NCBI GenBank assembly: GCA_963695855.1
Contig: CAVOHZ010000006.1
Span: 32,001 to 96,000 of the forward strand
DNA from: an uncultured Nitrososphaerales archaeon
GTDB lineage: Archaea; Thermoproteota; Nitrososphaeria; Nitrososphaerales; Nitrososphaeraceae
Direction of reading: 5' to 3'
DNA length: 64,000 nucleotides
Position numbers and translations under genes: made by a program. Below, piece by piece: positions 20,861 through 31,590 of this stretch (position 1 is its first letter; every line of letters begins with the position of its first letter). Below the pieces are notes generated by a model. It worked only from the letters and a program-made list of their open reading frames with translations, had not been told where the DNA came from and searched no databases.

Positions 20861-21013
20861 CGAATATTATCAAAATAACTATGAGATGATAAAAAGCGTT
20901 TACTTCTATAACATCTTGATTTTTAAAATTAACCGTTTTAGTACAAGAGCTTTTGGACAGAAAAGAATTTCTTACAATATTTTTATACAATTTTTTTATA
21001 CCCTTTACATTAT

Positions 21014-21295
21014 TCAAAGAGTAATCTTCAAAAGACCTGCAACTCCTGCAAGCTCAGCTATGTGGATCAGAAAAAAAAATGACAATAAACCTTCAGCATA
21101 TAGTGGTGTCATAGCAAAATACGCATAGACAACAATCAAATTTTGTATAACAAGCATACTTGCAAAAAACATTAAACCTATCGTGAATGCAGCCCTAGTT
21201 TTTAAATATATTTTTGTATACAGGTATAACAAAACGCTCAGAATAATTATAGTCGCTATACTTAAGATAGCATTTATCTCCATTAGAGTTTCCAT
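21014..21295 (-). CDS. Small 3-TM membrane protein
   Basis: Three hydrophobic segments and FTIGLMFFA..L.IQN motif; in the operon upstream of the HTH gene. Confidence 0.7.
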   Translation of the reverse strand: METLMEINAILSIATIIILSVLLYLYTKIYLKTRAAFTIGLMFFASMLVIQNLIVVYAYFAMTPLYAEGLLSFFFLIHIAELAGVAGLLKITL

Positions 21296-21314
21296 AGTGA
21301 TATCCTCCTGTCAT

Positions 21315-22472
21315 TTAACCAAATGTAAATGTGTAGATTTGTAATCCTTCTCCCTTAGCATCAATTACTATTGTGTGTTCTCCATAGTTTTTATTTGTTA
21401 CAAGATTATATAACCTCTGTTCATCTACCAGAACTTTGCCATCACTATCTGAATCTTTGCTTAAATCATTTGTAATCAGTTTTCCATCTTGTGTTACTGT
21501 AAAGTTCCCTTTTGCACCTGCTACTATGTTTACAGATTTTGAATTATATTTTAATAATATACTTCCGTTATTGCTCTGTAATTCCATGTGATCTGGATTA
21601 TTTTTCCATTTCCCTTCCAGATATATCACGTTAGGTTTAATTTCAGAATCTTCTGGTAGACTATAGAACAGACTCTGGTTAGGTTTAAAGCCTTCTATAT
21701 TGCCTAAAGGTTCTCTTGCGAATTCATATCCAAAGTAAAGCTCTGGAGATTTTATTTTTGCAAAATTAATATCCTCAGATTCTAACCTGGCGTCAGTGTC
21801 AATATTTTGCGAAGTATTAAGATTTATGTTTTTTAATCCCAAATGTGCTGCTCTTTCAGTCAAAAGACTTTGAATTACTTTTTCAGTTTCATTGTAAGCT
21901 CCTTCTCCTATGTGATCATATCTTATATATCCTTCATCATCCACCAAATATTTTCTTGGCCAATATCTATTATCATATTCATTCCATGTCTCTTTATCAT
22001 TGTCCTGTAAAACTGGATATTTTATTCCAAATTTTTGAACTGCCGATTTAACATTTTCACTATTTTTTTCAAATTCAAATTCAGGAGTATGTATGCCGAC
22101 TATGACTAATCCTTTATCGGAATATTTATCATACCATTCATTGAGATATGGAATGGTTCTTATACAGTTAATACAACTATACGTCCAAAAGTCTACTAGC
22201 ACAACTTTATCTCTCAGATCATAAAGGGATATTGGTTTTGTATTAATATATTCTGAGATTTTAGAAAAGTCTTTTGCTTTTTTGAATTGCGATTTGTCAA
22301 TATCGATCATTTTTCCATCTTTATCATCTTGTCCGGTTAATGCTATAAATCCAGCAGAAGTAGATTTGGTCGAAATATTTGATTCTTGAGTATTAAAATA
22401 AATTGCAAATCCAGCTATCACAGCTACTACTGCAATTGCCATAAGAACTGCACTGATATTATCTCTATTCAT
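21315..22472 (-). CDS. Membrane-anchored thioredoxin-like redoxin (DipZ C-terminal type)
   Basis: N-terminal TM; VLVDFWTYSCINCIRTIP, GIHTPEFEFEK, NRYWPRKYL, HIGEGAY, SPELYFGY, C-terminal YTFTFG. Confidence 0.88.
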   Translation of the reverse strand: MNRDNISAVLMAIAVVAVIAGFAIYFNTQESNISTKSTSAGFIALTGQDDKDGKMIDIDKSQFKKAKDFSKISEYINTKPISLYDLRDKVVLVDFWTYSCINCIRTIPYLNEWYDKYSDKGLVIVGIHTPEFEFEKNSENVKSAVQKFGIKYPVLQDNDKETWNEYDNRYWPRKYLVDDEGYIRYDHIGEGAYNETEKVIQSLLTERAAHLGLKNINLNTSQNIDTDARLESEDINFAKIKSPELYFGYEFAREPLGNIEGFKPNQSLFYSLPEDSEIKPNVIYLEGKWKNNPDHMELQSNNGSILLKYNSKSVNIVAGAKGNFTVTQDGKLITNDLSKDSDSDGKVLVDEQRLYNLVTNKNYGEHTIVIDAKGEGLQIYTFTFG

Positions 22473-22475
22473 AGT

Positions 22476-23291
22476 TCATATACCTCTTTCTAGATTGATG
22501 ATCTCATTTGCAAGTGGAAAATTACCCAGAATATTTAACTGATTTGTGAATATCAGTATTCCTAATATTATTAAAAAAGTTCCCATTGCAGTATTAAAAT
22601 ATTTCAAATATTTTACCATCTTCTTTATCAATCCAGTCGCCCTTGAAAAAAAAGCAGCTGTTATCAAGAAAGGAGTTCCTAGTCCCAAGGAGTATGCTAA
22701 TAGTAAGTTATATGCCTCTGCAGGAGACGTCGCTGCTAAAGTAAATGTACTTCCAAGAATTGGACCTACACATGGAGTCCAGCCTGCAGCAAAGGCAATT
22801 CCAAATACAAATGAAGTAATATAACTAGTTTTAAATTTAGGAACTCTAGTAAATTTCCTCTCAAAGTTTAAGTTGTTTATCTTTGACGATAAAATAAGAA
22901 ATACTCCAAAAGATATAATCACAATTCCACCAATTATTTGAAGAGTGTTTTGAAAAGTAGTACCTATATTTACCAAAACACTGTTGAGAGCAACTCCCAA
23001 AACGGCGAAAATTACTGAAAATCCTAGTACAAAATAAACTGTATTTAAGAATATATTCACTCTAGTAGATTTCTGTAGAGATATAGATTTTTTATTGCTG
23101 TTGATAGTGTTGATATTTGACTCAACATTCTCATTATCAACAGAAGTCTTTGTTCTATTTATGTTACTAATTTCATGAAGAGTTGAGCCTGATAAATAGG
23201 AAATAAAAGCAGGTAGGATAGGTAATATACAAGGTGAGAAAAATGATGCCATTCCAGCGATAGCTGAAACCACTATATTAATTTCTGCCAT
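22476..23291 (-). CDS. ccdA: CcdA/DsbD-beta transmembrane electron transporter
   Basis: SFFSPCILP and GWTPCVGPILG Cys motifs, about 6 TM segments. Confidence 0.9.
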   Translation of the reverse strand: MAEINIVVSAIAGMASFFSPCILPILPAFISYLSGSTLHEISNINRTKTSVDNENVESNINTINSNKKSISLQKSTRVNIFLNTVYFVLGFSVIFAVLGVALNSVLVNIGTTFQNTLQIIGGIVIISFGVFLILSSKINNLNFERKFTRVPKFKTSYITSFVFGIAFAAGWTPCVGPILGSTFTLAATSPAEAYNLLLAYSLGLGTPFLITAAFFSRATGLIKKMVKYLKYFNTAMGTFLIILGILIFTNQLNILGNFPLANEIINLERGI

Positions 23292-23329
23292 GTATACAAT
23301 TTACTAATTCTTAATAAAAAAGGATATTC

Positions 23330-23369
23330 CCAAATTAGACCCATAACCTACCCAATTTGATACCAACAG
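23330..23369 (-). promoter_or_regulatory. Phased 4 x 11-bp direct repeat upstream of the ccdA TATA-like box
   Basis: CCA at 23330, 23341, 23352 and 23363; nearest copy is 39 nt from the start codon. Confidence 0.65.
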
Positions 23370-23686
23370 ATCATGAACTTTAATTTATGAATTGCAGATT
23401 CAAATGGGTAGCTAAGGCTACAAGTAAAAAACTAATTATCAATATTTATTAATCAAAACAGAATATATGAACTTTATCTATAATAGATTATTGTTGTAAT
23501 ACTATGATTAAATTACTGATAGAAATTATGATCATAAAGGAAAATTATAAGAATCAACAATTCTTAGCAAATATAGTCATACTAATTATGATATATATTA
23601 TTGCTAATAGGTTAATAAATTAGTTAGAATTTGCTCGTTAAATCAAAATTAAAAAAAGGTTGGAGAAAGAAGAGAGAGAGAGTGTG

Positions 23687-24760
23687 TTATGCTTCAACAA
23701 ATGGACAATTAACTACTACTCCCGCAATTTCAGTCTTTAGATGATCTTGTTTTGCATGTTCTGTTATTTCTTTAAATGAAGTAAGAAATTGTGATTGTAC
23801 AGGATCTTTCCATGTTACACCTTGAATTCTCCATAGTGGACTATATGCTTCATCGCCTACATTAGTAGATGCAATACTTGCCTGGAATCCCATAGGGCCC
23901 GTTCCCTTTATTCCGTTTGTAAATACATAGAGATCTGACGAAGAGCCTGATTTTAGAGTTGCACCAGTTTTATTGACAAATACAACTCCTAGATCATCTG
24001 CAACTTTCTTGACAGAAGCGTCAGTTGCTATATAATATATGGTGGAGCCATCTGGAGCAAATCCTCTGTGTGCTACAAAAGTAACCTGCATCTTTTTTGT
24101 ATCAATGTTAAGAACTTGTCCTCCACCATATGGCGATTCATCAGTTAATGTCTTATTTTCTCTAACTTTTAGAGAACCATCTTTCCATTGTACAAATGGA
24201 CAGTTTACGATTATATCTGTTGGTTTAATTGTTAACTCTTTTTTCTCTAATGCGCTGATTATATCTACTTCAGATGTCAATTCTCGTGGCGTTATGCCAC
24301 TATTCCATGTTACAAGATTAACTTTCCATAATGGTGAATAATTATTATCTCCAGGTTGTGAGTCTGCAACATTTGGCTGAAATCCTTCCGGACCACTTCC
24401 TTTAATGCCATTAGTAAATTCATATATGTTTGAAAGTGATTGTGCTGGAGCATATTTTAATGCTGGAGTGTATACAACTCTAGAATTAGTTAGATTAGAA
24501 AGATAATTTGCCAGATTCTTATCTGATACTTCTGTTGTAATATAGAAAACTTCATTACCGTCTGCAAAACCTCTAACTAGGGGAAGAACCTTTGGAATAT
24601 TTGTTTCCGTAAGATTTTGTATTTTCTCACTCTGTGCATAGGAATTTACTAGTTGCGAAGACATAGAAGACAATAGAGACACTGAAAAAACCAATGTAAC
24701 TAATCCTGCTCCTAAAATCCATATTCCATATCTTTCACTTGATTTATATCTGATTGTCAT
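23687..24760 (-). CDS. Secreted or membrane-anchored protein with two internal repeats (tentatively DUF7482-like)
   Basis: N-terminal hydrophobic helix; two repeats of YI.T..S...Y.FTNGIKG.GP.GFQ...YSPLW...VTW...VNCPFV. Confidence 0.75.
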   Translation of the reverse strand: MTIRYKSSERYGIWILGAGLVTLVFSVSLLSSMSSQLVNSYAQSEKIQNLTETNIPKVLPLVRGFADGNEVFYITTEVSDKNLANYLSNLTNSRVVYTPALKYAPAQSLSNIYEFTNGIKGSGPEGFQPNVADSQPGDNNYSPLWKVNLVTWNSGITPRELTSEVDIISALEKKELTIKPTDIIVNCPFVQWKDGSLKVRENKTLTDESPYGGGQVLNIDTKKMQVTFVAHRGFAPDGSTIYYIATDASVKKVADDLGVVFVNKTGATLKSGSSSDLYVFTNGIKGTGPMGFQASIASTNVGDEAYSPLWRIQGVTWKDPVQSQFLTSFKEITEHAKQDHLKTEIAGVVVNCPFVEA

Positions 24761-24798
24761 TAAATTTCATTCTGTGATTAGATTTAAAAACTATTTCT

Positions 24799-24838
24799 CC
24801 ATATTGAATCCAATTTATACCCAAATTAATTCCAGATT
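24799..24838 (-). promoter_or_regulatory. Phased 4 x 11-bp direct repeat upstream of the two-repeat protein gene
   Basis: CCATATT, CCAATTT, CCAAATT and CCAGATT at 24799, 24810, 24821 and 24832; nearest copy is 39 nt from the start codon. Confidence 0.7.
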
Positions 24839-24995
24839 CTATGGTAAATATCTCTAGCATATTCTATAAAATTTATAACCAAATACAATATCTTTATTTT
24901 GATAATACCATTATGCTGAATTAATAAGGTTAAAAAAATAGAATATTTTAAAATAATAATTTGTATTTAAAAGAATCATATTATATTATTATTAA

Positions 24996-26300
24996 ATGTA
25001 TAATATCATGCATAAAGAACCAAATTCATATCTATCCATTAGAACAGCATTTAGCAAATTAAGAAAAAATATTGTTGTTCAGCCGGTATCTGAAGAAGTA
25101 AATACTAGAGATTCATTAGGTCGTGTTTTATATAATGACATTCTTTCATCCATTGATGTTCCAATACATGATTATTCACATATGGATGGTTTTGCTGTTC
25201 TCTATGACAATATAATTGGTGCTTCACGTTTGAGTCCAGTGACACTGAAAGTAATAAACGATATCAAACTTGGAAATACTAAAATTGAACCTTTACAACC
25301 AAGCCAAGCTTGTAGAATTCCAACAGGCGGATATCTACCTAGAAATTCTGATACAGTTATTCCTATTGAATATGTAAAATATAACGAAAACGATAAATCA
25401 GTAAAGATCTTTTCTGAATTTCCGAAAGGATCATTTGTATCTCCTGCAGGAAAGGATATTTCTAAAAATAAATTATTATTTAAAAAAGGACATTTAATTC
25501 GAACTCAAGATATATCTTTGTTGAACTTAGTTGGGATTAAAAAAGTAAGTATATTTAAAAAACCGAAAGTTGCAATAATTGCAACCGGAAATGAGCTAAC
25601 CAATAATATTGAAGAGGTTACTCAAGGAAAGGTTCTCAATACTAATGGTCCAATTATTTCCACCCTGGTGGAAGCATCTGGAGGAATATCTGTTGATCTA
25701 GGAATAACAACTGATAATATTAAAGATATCCAGAACAAGATAAAATTCGCATTATCTCAAAGTGATATCCTTCTTACAATAGGAGGATCTTCAGTTGGAC
25801 ATAAGGATCTCCTTGCAGAATCTATCAATTCTATGGGACAGCCTGGAATTTTAGCTGGGGGAATTAAATTGGATAGAGGAAGAGTAACTAAAATTGCTGC
25901 ATTAAAACATAAGCCAATTATTATATTACCTGGACCTATCCAAGGCGCTGTTAATGCTTTCATTGTATTGGCTATCCCACTAATTAGATCTTTTATTGGA
26001 TTATCTCATAATAACAAAGCTATATTAAATGCTCATATTACTGACAATTGGAATGCGAGAAAGCAATTTCAAAATTTTGTAAAAATTATATATGTGCATT
26101 TATCATCGTCAAACACAAATAATCGTATAAGGGCCAAACCAATCACTGGAGAAACCTCAAATATGACAATTATGACTAGAGCAAATGGTTATGTGATAGT
26201 ACCTGAAAAAATAACAAATATTGAAAAGGAGAATGAGGTTCAAGTAAATTTGCTTTCTGGATTTTCTTTTCCCTGTTGCAACCCCATAGATTTGGTGTGA
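24996..26300 (+). CDS. moeA: Molybdopterin molybdenumtransferase MoeA
   Basis: SHMDGFAV, RIPTGG.LP, IATGNEL, GGSSVG.KD, LPGP. Confidence 0.9.
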   Translation: MYNIMHKEPNSYLSIRTAFSKLRKNIVVQPVSEEVNTRDSLGRVLYNDILSSIDVPIHDYSHMDGFAVLYDNIIGASRLSPVTLKVINDIKLGNTKIEPLQPSQACRIPTGGYLPRNSDTVIPIEYVKYNENDKSVKIFSEFPKGSFVSPAGKDISKNKLLFKKGHLIRTQDISLLNLVGIKKVSIFKKPKVAIIATGNELTNNIEEVTQGKVLNTNGPIISTLVEASGGISVDLGITTDNIKDIQNKIKFALSQSDILLTIGGSSVGHKDLLAESINSMGQPGILAGGIKLDRGRVTKIAALKHKPIIILPGPIQGAVNAFIVLAIPLIRSFIGLSHNNKAILNAHITDNWNARKQFQNFVKIIYVHLSSSNTNNRIRAKPITGETSNMTIMTRANGYVIVPEKITNIEKENEVQVNLLSGFSFPCCNPIDLV

Positions 26301-26721
26301 ATATTATTTGAATAAATTTGTAGCAAGGTTGATTGATGGTTGCTAAAGCTGAAGCAGAAAAAAGGGATATGACAAAAATGAAGCTTAATATTTTTTAGGG
26401 CGAAACTATAGAACTTCCAATAAATCTAGGTGTTTGATTAATCTGCTCCTTATTGTTAAAATATTTGTAATTAATAAAAATCCATATCCTTCTTTAATGA
26501 ACATCAGGAAGAAAAGTAGGCTATGGCCTGGGACATTTTAATAGAGGCAGGTAGTTGATTGAATTCCATGCTATTGTTATGCTATTAAAAATATTAAAAT
26601 TTACTAGATTAGTTAATAATCTCATAATAGTAAACTATAGCCTTCATTATTCAAATTATCTTGCAAATTGCTTTAAAAATAGATTTACTTATACATAGCA
26701 TAGAATAAAGAATATTTTTGT

Positions 26722-27735
26722 ATGTTTATCAATAATTCTAATATTCATTCAAAACCTATAATTCTATCTACAATCTTTTTCGCGATTATCTTTTTAATAT
26801 TGTTTTCATTTAGCATAAAGGAATTAAATGCAACCACGATAACAGATAAAGATGTATCAGTATTATATGCAGGTTCTTTAATCAACATATTTGAAAATGA
26901 GATTAAATCAACATTTCAGAATTTAACAGAATATAATTTTATAGGGGAGGGAAAAGGGTCTGTACAGATTTCTAACATGATCTTGGATGGATTCCGAAAG
27001 CCAGATGTATTTGTTAGTGCGGGTACGACTCCTATTGAAAGATTGATAAATCATAGTCTTCCATTAGCCAATTGGCTTGTAAAATTTGCATCTGCTGAAC
27101 TTGTAATTGCATATAATCCACAAAGTCCCTTTGCTTCAGATCTGTTAAAGGCTAGCAAGGATGAGATACCATGGTATAAGGTTGTTCAGAAAGAAGGGTT
27201 AAAATTTGGAAGAACTGATCCTGAACTAGATCCTAAAGGATATTATACAGTTATTGCTGCAAAACTAGCGAACATTTACTATAACGATTCCACAATTAAG
27301 GATAATATTTTAGGTGAAGATAGAAACAAAAAGCAGATTTTTCCTGAAGAAGTCTTAAAGTCTATTCTGGACTCTGGACAAATAGATGCAACTGCTGCCT
27401 ATATGCATGAAGCAATGGCAAAAGGTCTTCCTTATATTAAACTTCCAGATCAAATTAACCTGAGTAATCCTAATTACACAAATTTTTATAATAAAATATC
27501 GTACAAGTTGGAAACAGGTGAAACTATTTATGGTAATCCAATATTTTTTTCATTTACCATGCCAAACACCGTTGAAAATATAGCAGGTGCAATGTCTTTT
27601 GCCAAATTTCTGTTATCAGAGGACGGAAAAAGAATTTTAGAACAAGTTGGATTAAGTCCTATAAAACCACTTTTACAAGGCGATACACATCAACTGGAAC
27701 CCGAAATTTTATCCCTCGTCCAAGAACATAACTAG
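26722..27735 (+). CDS. wtpA: Molybdate/tungstate ABC transporter binding protein (WtpA-like)
   Basis: Signal/TM segment; YAGSL, GSV, DVFVSA, GRTDPELDPKGY, LPDQINLS. Confidence 0.82.
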   Translation: MFINNSNIHSKPIILSTIFFAIIFLILFSFSIKELNATTITDKDVSVLYAGSLINIFENEIKSTFQNLTEYNFIGEGKGSVQISNMILDGFRKPDVFVSAGTTPIERLINHSLPLANWLVKFASAELVIAYNPQSPFASDLLKASKDEIPWYKVVQKEGLKFGRTDPELDPKGYYTVIAAKLANIYYNDSTIKDNILGEDRNKKQIFPEEVLKSILDSGQIDATAAYMHEAMAKGLPYIKLPDQINLSNPNYTNFYNKISYKLETGETIYGNPIFFSFTMPNTVENIAGAMSFAKFLLSEDGKRILEQVGLSPIKPLLQGDTHQLEPEILSLVQEHN

Positions 27736-27830
27736 TATTTCCTAAGGATAATGATGGTGAGATTGTTATAGTTAATTACACTTTAAGAAAACCAGACATA
27801 TCTGGATTTAATATTGTCATTTCTGTTCTT

Positions 27831-28571
27831 GTGCTAATTCTTGTATTATATATTATATACCCATTTTTTGGATTGCTATTTGTAATAGAACCGGCTAACT
27901 TGATAGAGTCGCTGAAACGAACTGAAATACTAGATTCTTTTATATTGAGTTTGACTACAGCGACTATTTCAACTATACTAGTTTCTATATTTGGAATCCC
28001 ATTAGCCTTTGTCTTGGCACGATTTCAATTTAAGGCTAAATTTCTATTACGAATAATTGTTATACTTCCATTAGTTCTTCCTCCACTTGCTAGTGGAACA
28101 ATGCTTTTGGGGGGCTTTGGTCCTTATTCATTTCTTGGAAAATTGATTCCAATAGATTTTACACAATCAGTTCTTGGAATCGTTATAGCCCAAACTTATG
28201 TTGCTTCACCTTTCCTGATTCTTCCAACACAGGCTGCTTTTGAATCCATTCCTGAAAGATATGAGATCGTGGCAAGAACCTTAGGAAAAAAGAAATGGCA
28301 AGTTTTTTTAAGTATATCTCTTCCATTAGCGAAGATAGGGATACTTATTGGTTTGTTAATGGCATGGATTAGATCTATTGGTGAGCTCGGTGCAACAATT
28401 ATGATGGCATACAATCCCCACACTATCTCTATTCAAATCTTTGAAGACAGTGCTATTGGTGGAATAAGAAATTCTGTTGCCGGAATCATCTTGGTCATTA
28501 TAATAGCACTTGTTGCTTTAACAATATTTGTACTAATAAGAAGACGACAGGTTCTGAAATTTGGCTGGTGA
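27831..28571 (+). CDS. wtpB: Molybdate/tungstate ABC permease
   Basis: LPLVLPP.ASG, AQTYVASPF, ARTLG, R.IGELGAT. Confidence 0.85.
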   Translation: MLILVLYIIYPFFGLLFVIEPANLIESLKRTEILDSFILSLTTATISTILVSIFGIPLAFVLARFQFKAKFLLRIIVILPLVLPPLASGTMLLGGFGPYSFLGKLIPIDFTQSVLGIVIAQTYVASPFLILPTQAAFESIPERYEIVARTLGKKKWQVFLSISLPLAKIGILIGLLMAWIRSIGELGATIMMAYNPHTISIQIFEDSAIGGIRNSVAGIILVIIIALVALTIFVLIRRRQVLKFGW

Positions 28572-29659
28572 CAAGATACCATATGGTATTAGAAGTAATT
28601 AACGTTACAAAAAATTTTGGGAAATTTCGATTGGGGCCTGTAAATCTTACTATAAATAATGATGATGTCATGGTTATATTAGGTCCTACAGGAAGTGGAA
28701 AAACTACTCTTATCAACTTGATTGCCGGAATTTTAAGACCTGACAATGGTAAAATTATCTTAAATAGTATAGAGATCACAAAGCAACCTATAGAGGAACG
28801 AAAAGTTGGATACGTTTTTCAAGACCCATCACTGTTTCCTCATTTAAATGTCTATAATAACATTCTTTTTGGATTAAGAAGAAGGGAGCGAGAATCTAAA
28901 GAGACGATTTCCACTATAAAAAATATTATTACGGACCTAAATATTGAACATTTGCTAAATAGACGTGCGTATGATCTTAGTGGAGGAGAAAAACAAAAAG
29001 TTTCATTAGCAAGAATTCTTGTCTTAAATCCAAATTTAATACTGATGGATGAACCACTTTCTCATATTGATTTATTAGCAAAAGATAGGTTGAGAATAGA
29101 ATTGAGACGGATATTACGGAAGCAAAAAATCCCAACTATTTATGTAACTCATTTTGAAGAAGATATTTATGCATTAGCAGATTCAATTGCATTTCTCGAT
29201 AGGGGAAGGATAGAAGAAAGTGGAACTCTTGAAGAAATACTCAATTTGTACACTAGATCATCCTCACCATTTTTTAACAAAATAATATCTGCAGGTAATT
29301 ATTTAACTGGGGAGGTAACGAAATGTGAAAATGATCTAACCGAATTTAAAGTCGGTTTGAATATGTTATATACTGTTGGAAGATTCAAACCTAAATCTAA
29401 AATTGGAGTCATCGTCAAACGTGAAGATATTATACTTTCTAAAGAAAAAATAAAAACTAGTGCAAGAAATATGGTTTTTGCCAAGATAATGGATATGATT
29501 AAAGCAGATAACATGATTGATGTGTATCTAAAATCTGGTAATATGAATATAGTTTCAAGAATAACCAGATCTGCTTCGGAAGATCTAGGAATTGTTATAG
29601 GCAATCATATATATGCAGTTTTTAAGGCTTCTACACCACATTTGATTAGGGAGGAATAA
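28568..29659 (+). CDS. wtpC: Molybdate/tungstate ABC ATPase with TOBE domain
   Basis: GPTGSGKTT, LSGGEKQ, MDEP, C-terminal TSARN...SRITR.S..DL...FKA. Confidence 0.87.
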   Translation: MTRYHMVLEVINVTKNFGKFRLGPVNLTINNDDVMVILGPTGSGKTTLINLIAGILRPDNGKIILNSIEITKQPIEERKVGYVFQDPSLFPHLNVYNNILFGLRRRERESKETISTIKNIITDLNIEHLLNRRAYDLSGGEKQKVSLARILVLNPNLILMDEPLSHIDLLAKDRLRIELRRILRKQKIPTIYVTHFEEDIYALADSIAFLDRGRIEESGTLEEILNLYTRSSSPFFNKIISAGNYLTGEVTKCENDLTEFKVGLNMLYTVGRFKPKSKIGVIVKREDIILSKEKIKTSARNMVFAKIMDMIKADNMIDVYLKSGNMNIVSRITRSASEDLGIVIGNHIYAVFKASTPHLIREE

Positions 29660-29935
29660 ATTAATAAAATTGAAAGATTACAAAATGATACTGATTACAA
29701 ACCATTGTATTAATGGTAAATCTCTGATCTAGCGTTCATTACTTATTCTTTGGTACATATCTGTAAAGTATATATCTATACAATTTATCCAATTAGTAAA
29801 GATTAGATCAAAGCCCAGGATTAAAAAATATATTATATAGTCAAACTAATCTATCTGATCAAATTGTTAGATAAGCGAAAGAGTTTGGATCTATATTATT
29901 CAACAAATATTATAATGACTATTATATACGGTATT

Positions 29936-30207
29936 TTATACCTCCTTTCTAAATGCAAAAGGTACTGAAATTAAAAGAGGAATCGATAATCCTAAGGACG
30001 GATGTCCTGCTCTTAGATAATTAAAAAGAGCAGATGAAGACACAATAATATTTAGTGCTAGGGAGATTGGAAGAACTGTATACAAATTGACTCCAACAAG
30101 AACGAGGATAGCGATATAACTACTTCCCTCAGCAAATCCTACAGAAGAATAAAAAAAACTTACTATAAAGAAGATAGGAGTAAGTACTAAAATAAGAATA
30201 ATATCAT
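29936..30207 (-). pseudogene. Truncated TauE/SafE (TSUP) family membrane protein
   Basis: YSSVGFAEGSSYIAIL...ALNIIVSS...SVPFAF, then stops. The ATG overlapping the moaCB stop (TAATG) is one base out of frame. Confidence 0.7.
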
Positions 30208-31154
30208 TAATGACCCTTCCCTCCCAACATATTAAATACATGAAAAATGCTAGGGAAAAGAAGATCTAACGATTCTGATACACCTTTAGTACTTCCAGGT
30301 AGATTTACAATCAGAGTTTTATCTCTAATACCAGATATTCCTCTTGAAAGCATTGATAATGGTGTTCTCCTTTGACCATATGATCTGATAGCTTCGGAAA
30401 TTCCTATTGCCTCTCTATCAACAACCATTTTAGTTGCATCTGGAGTAACATCTCTTTTACTAAAACCAGTACCTCCGGTGGTTATTATTAGATCTACTTT
30501 TTTATCATCAGAATATTTGATAAGATGAGTCTTAATTTTGTCTATATCGTCAGGTAATATTTCATAACCGACAATCTCAGTAGTAGTAGCATAAGTATTT
30601 TTTAGTATATCAGAGATCAATTTACCTGATTTATCAACTCTAGTTCCATTAAAAGTAGAATCACTTATAACAAAGATAACAACATTAATTTTTTTATCAG
30701 GAGTTTCAATAAAATCTCTTTTCCCTCCACTTTTTTCTAACAGTTTTATTGACTCTATTGATAAATCTTCATCTATTGGCTTGAGCATATCGTATACTGC
30801 AAGAGCAGCGGTACTACAACCAGTTAATGCTTCCATTTCTACTCCTGTTTTCCAGACACTTTTAACATTCACTTTAATTTCTATAGATGATTGGTGTAAC
30901 AGCACTTGTGTAGAAATATGATCTATTGGAATGGGATGACAGTAAGGTATCAATTCCCATGTTTTTTTTGCTCCAAGTGTAGCTGAAATTTTTGCGGCTT
31001 CAATGATATCTCCCTTTGGTGTCCTCTCATTTTTTATAAGATCAATACTTTCAGGATTTACTTTGATTATTGCTTGTGCAGTAGCAGACCTTAATGTATC
31101 TGTTTTTTTGGAAACATCAAACATTCCTCTGTAAGAATTTCTTTCATTCATCAC
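30207..31154 (-). CDS. moaC: MoaC-MoaB/MogA fusion
   Basis: MFDVSKK, LIPYCHPI, TGVEMEAL, LEKSGG; then DKSG, TTGGTG..RDVTPDA, NLPGS. Confidence 0.92.
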   Translation of the reverse strand: MMNERNSYRGMFDVSKKTDTLRSATAQAIIKVNPESIDLIKNERTPKGDIIEAAKISATLGAKKTWELIPYCHPIPIDHISTQVLLHQSSIEIKVNVKSVWKTGVEMEALTGCSTAALAVYDMLKPIDEDLSIESIKLLEKSGGKRDFIETPDKKINVVIFVISDSTFNGTRVDKSGKLISDILKNTYATTTEIVGYEILPDDIDKIKTHLIKYSDDKKVDLIITTGGTGFSKRDVTPDATKMVVDREAIGISEAIRSYGQRRTPLSMLSRGISGIRDKTLIVNLPGSTKGVSESLDLLFPSIFHVFNMLGGKGH

Positions 31155-31569
31155 TTATCATAACGCCTTCTACCCATTCAGAATTGCCAGATTGCATTTT
31201 TTCCTTCTTCCAGATTGGACATCTTTTCTTAATATTATCAATTCCATAGTTACAGGCTTCAAAAGCATCTTTTCTATGTTCTGATGAAACTCCAACTATC
31301 ACACTGATTTCTCCAACTTTAAGGTATCCCGTTCTATGTGTGGCAATAAATTTTTTAACACTCCAATTCTCAAAGATCTCCTTTTCAATTTTTTTTAATA
31401 TTTCTTCAACCATTTCTTCATAAGCTTCATAAAAAATACCCTCCACTATTCCATTAGAGCTATGATTCCTAACGGAACCTTTAAACAAAACTAATGCACC
31501 AGATGAATCGTCTTTAATTTGTTCTAAAATTTTTAGTTGATCGATTACATCTTTTGTTATAGAAATCAT
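31144..31569 (-). CDS. moaE: Molybdopterin synthase catalytic subunit
   Basis: GALVLF.G.VR, YEAY..M, HRTG.L.VGE, HR..AF, PIWKKE. Confidence 0.92.
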   Translation of the reverse strand: MISITKDVIDQLKILEQIKDDSSGALVLFKGSVRNHSSNGIVEGIFYEAYEEMVEEILKKIEKEIFENWSVKKFIATHRTGYLKVGEISVIVGVSSEHRKDAFEACNYGIDNIKKRCPIWKKEKMQSGNSEWVEGVMISDE

Positions 31570-31590
31570 ATTATCAGCTCCTACCTATCT

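Noticed and set aside
26300-26620. Possible membrane-transporter remnant between moeA and wtpA
   Set aside because: Only short hydrophobic stretches between stops; no family can be supported
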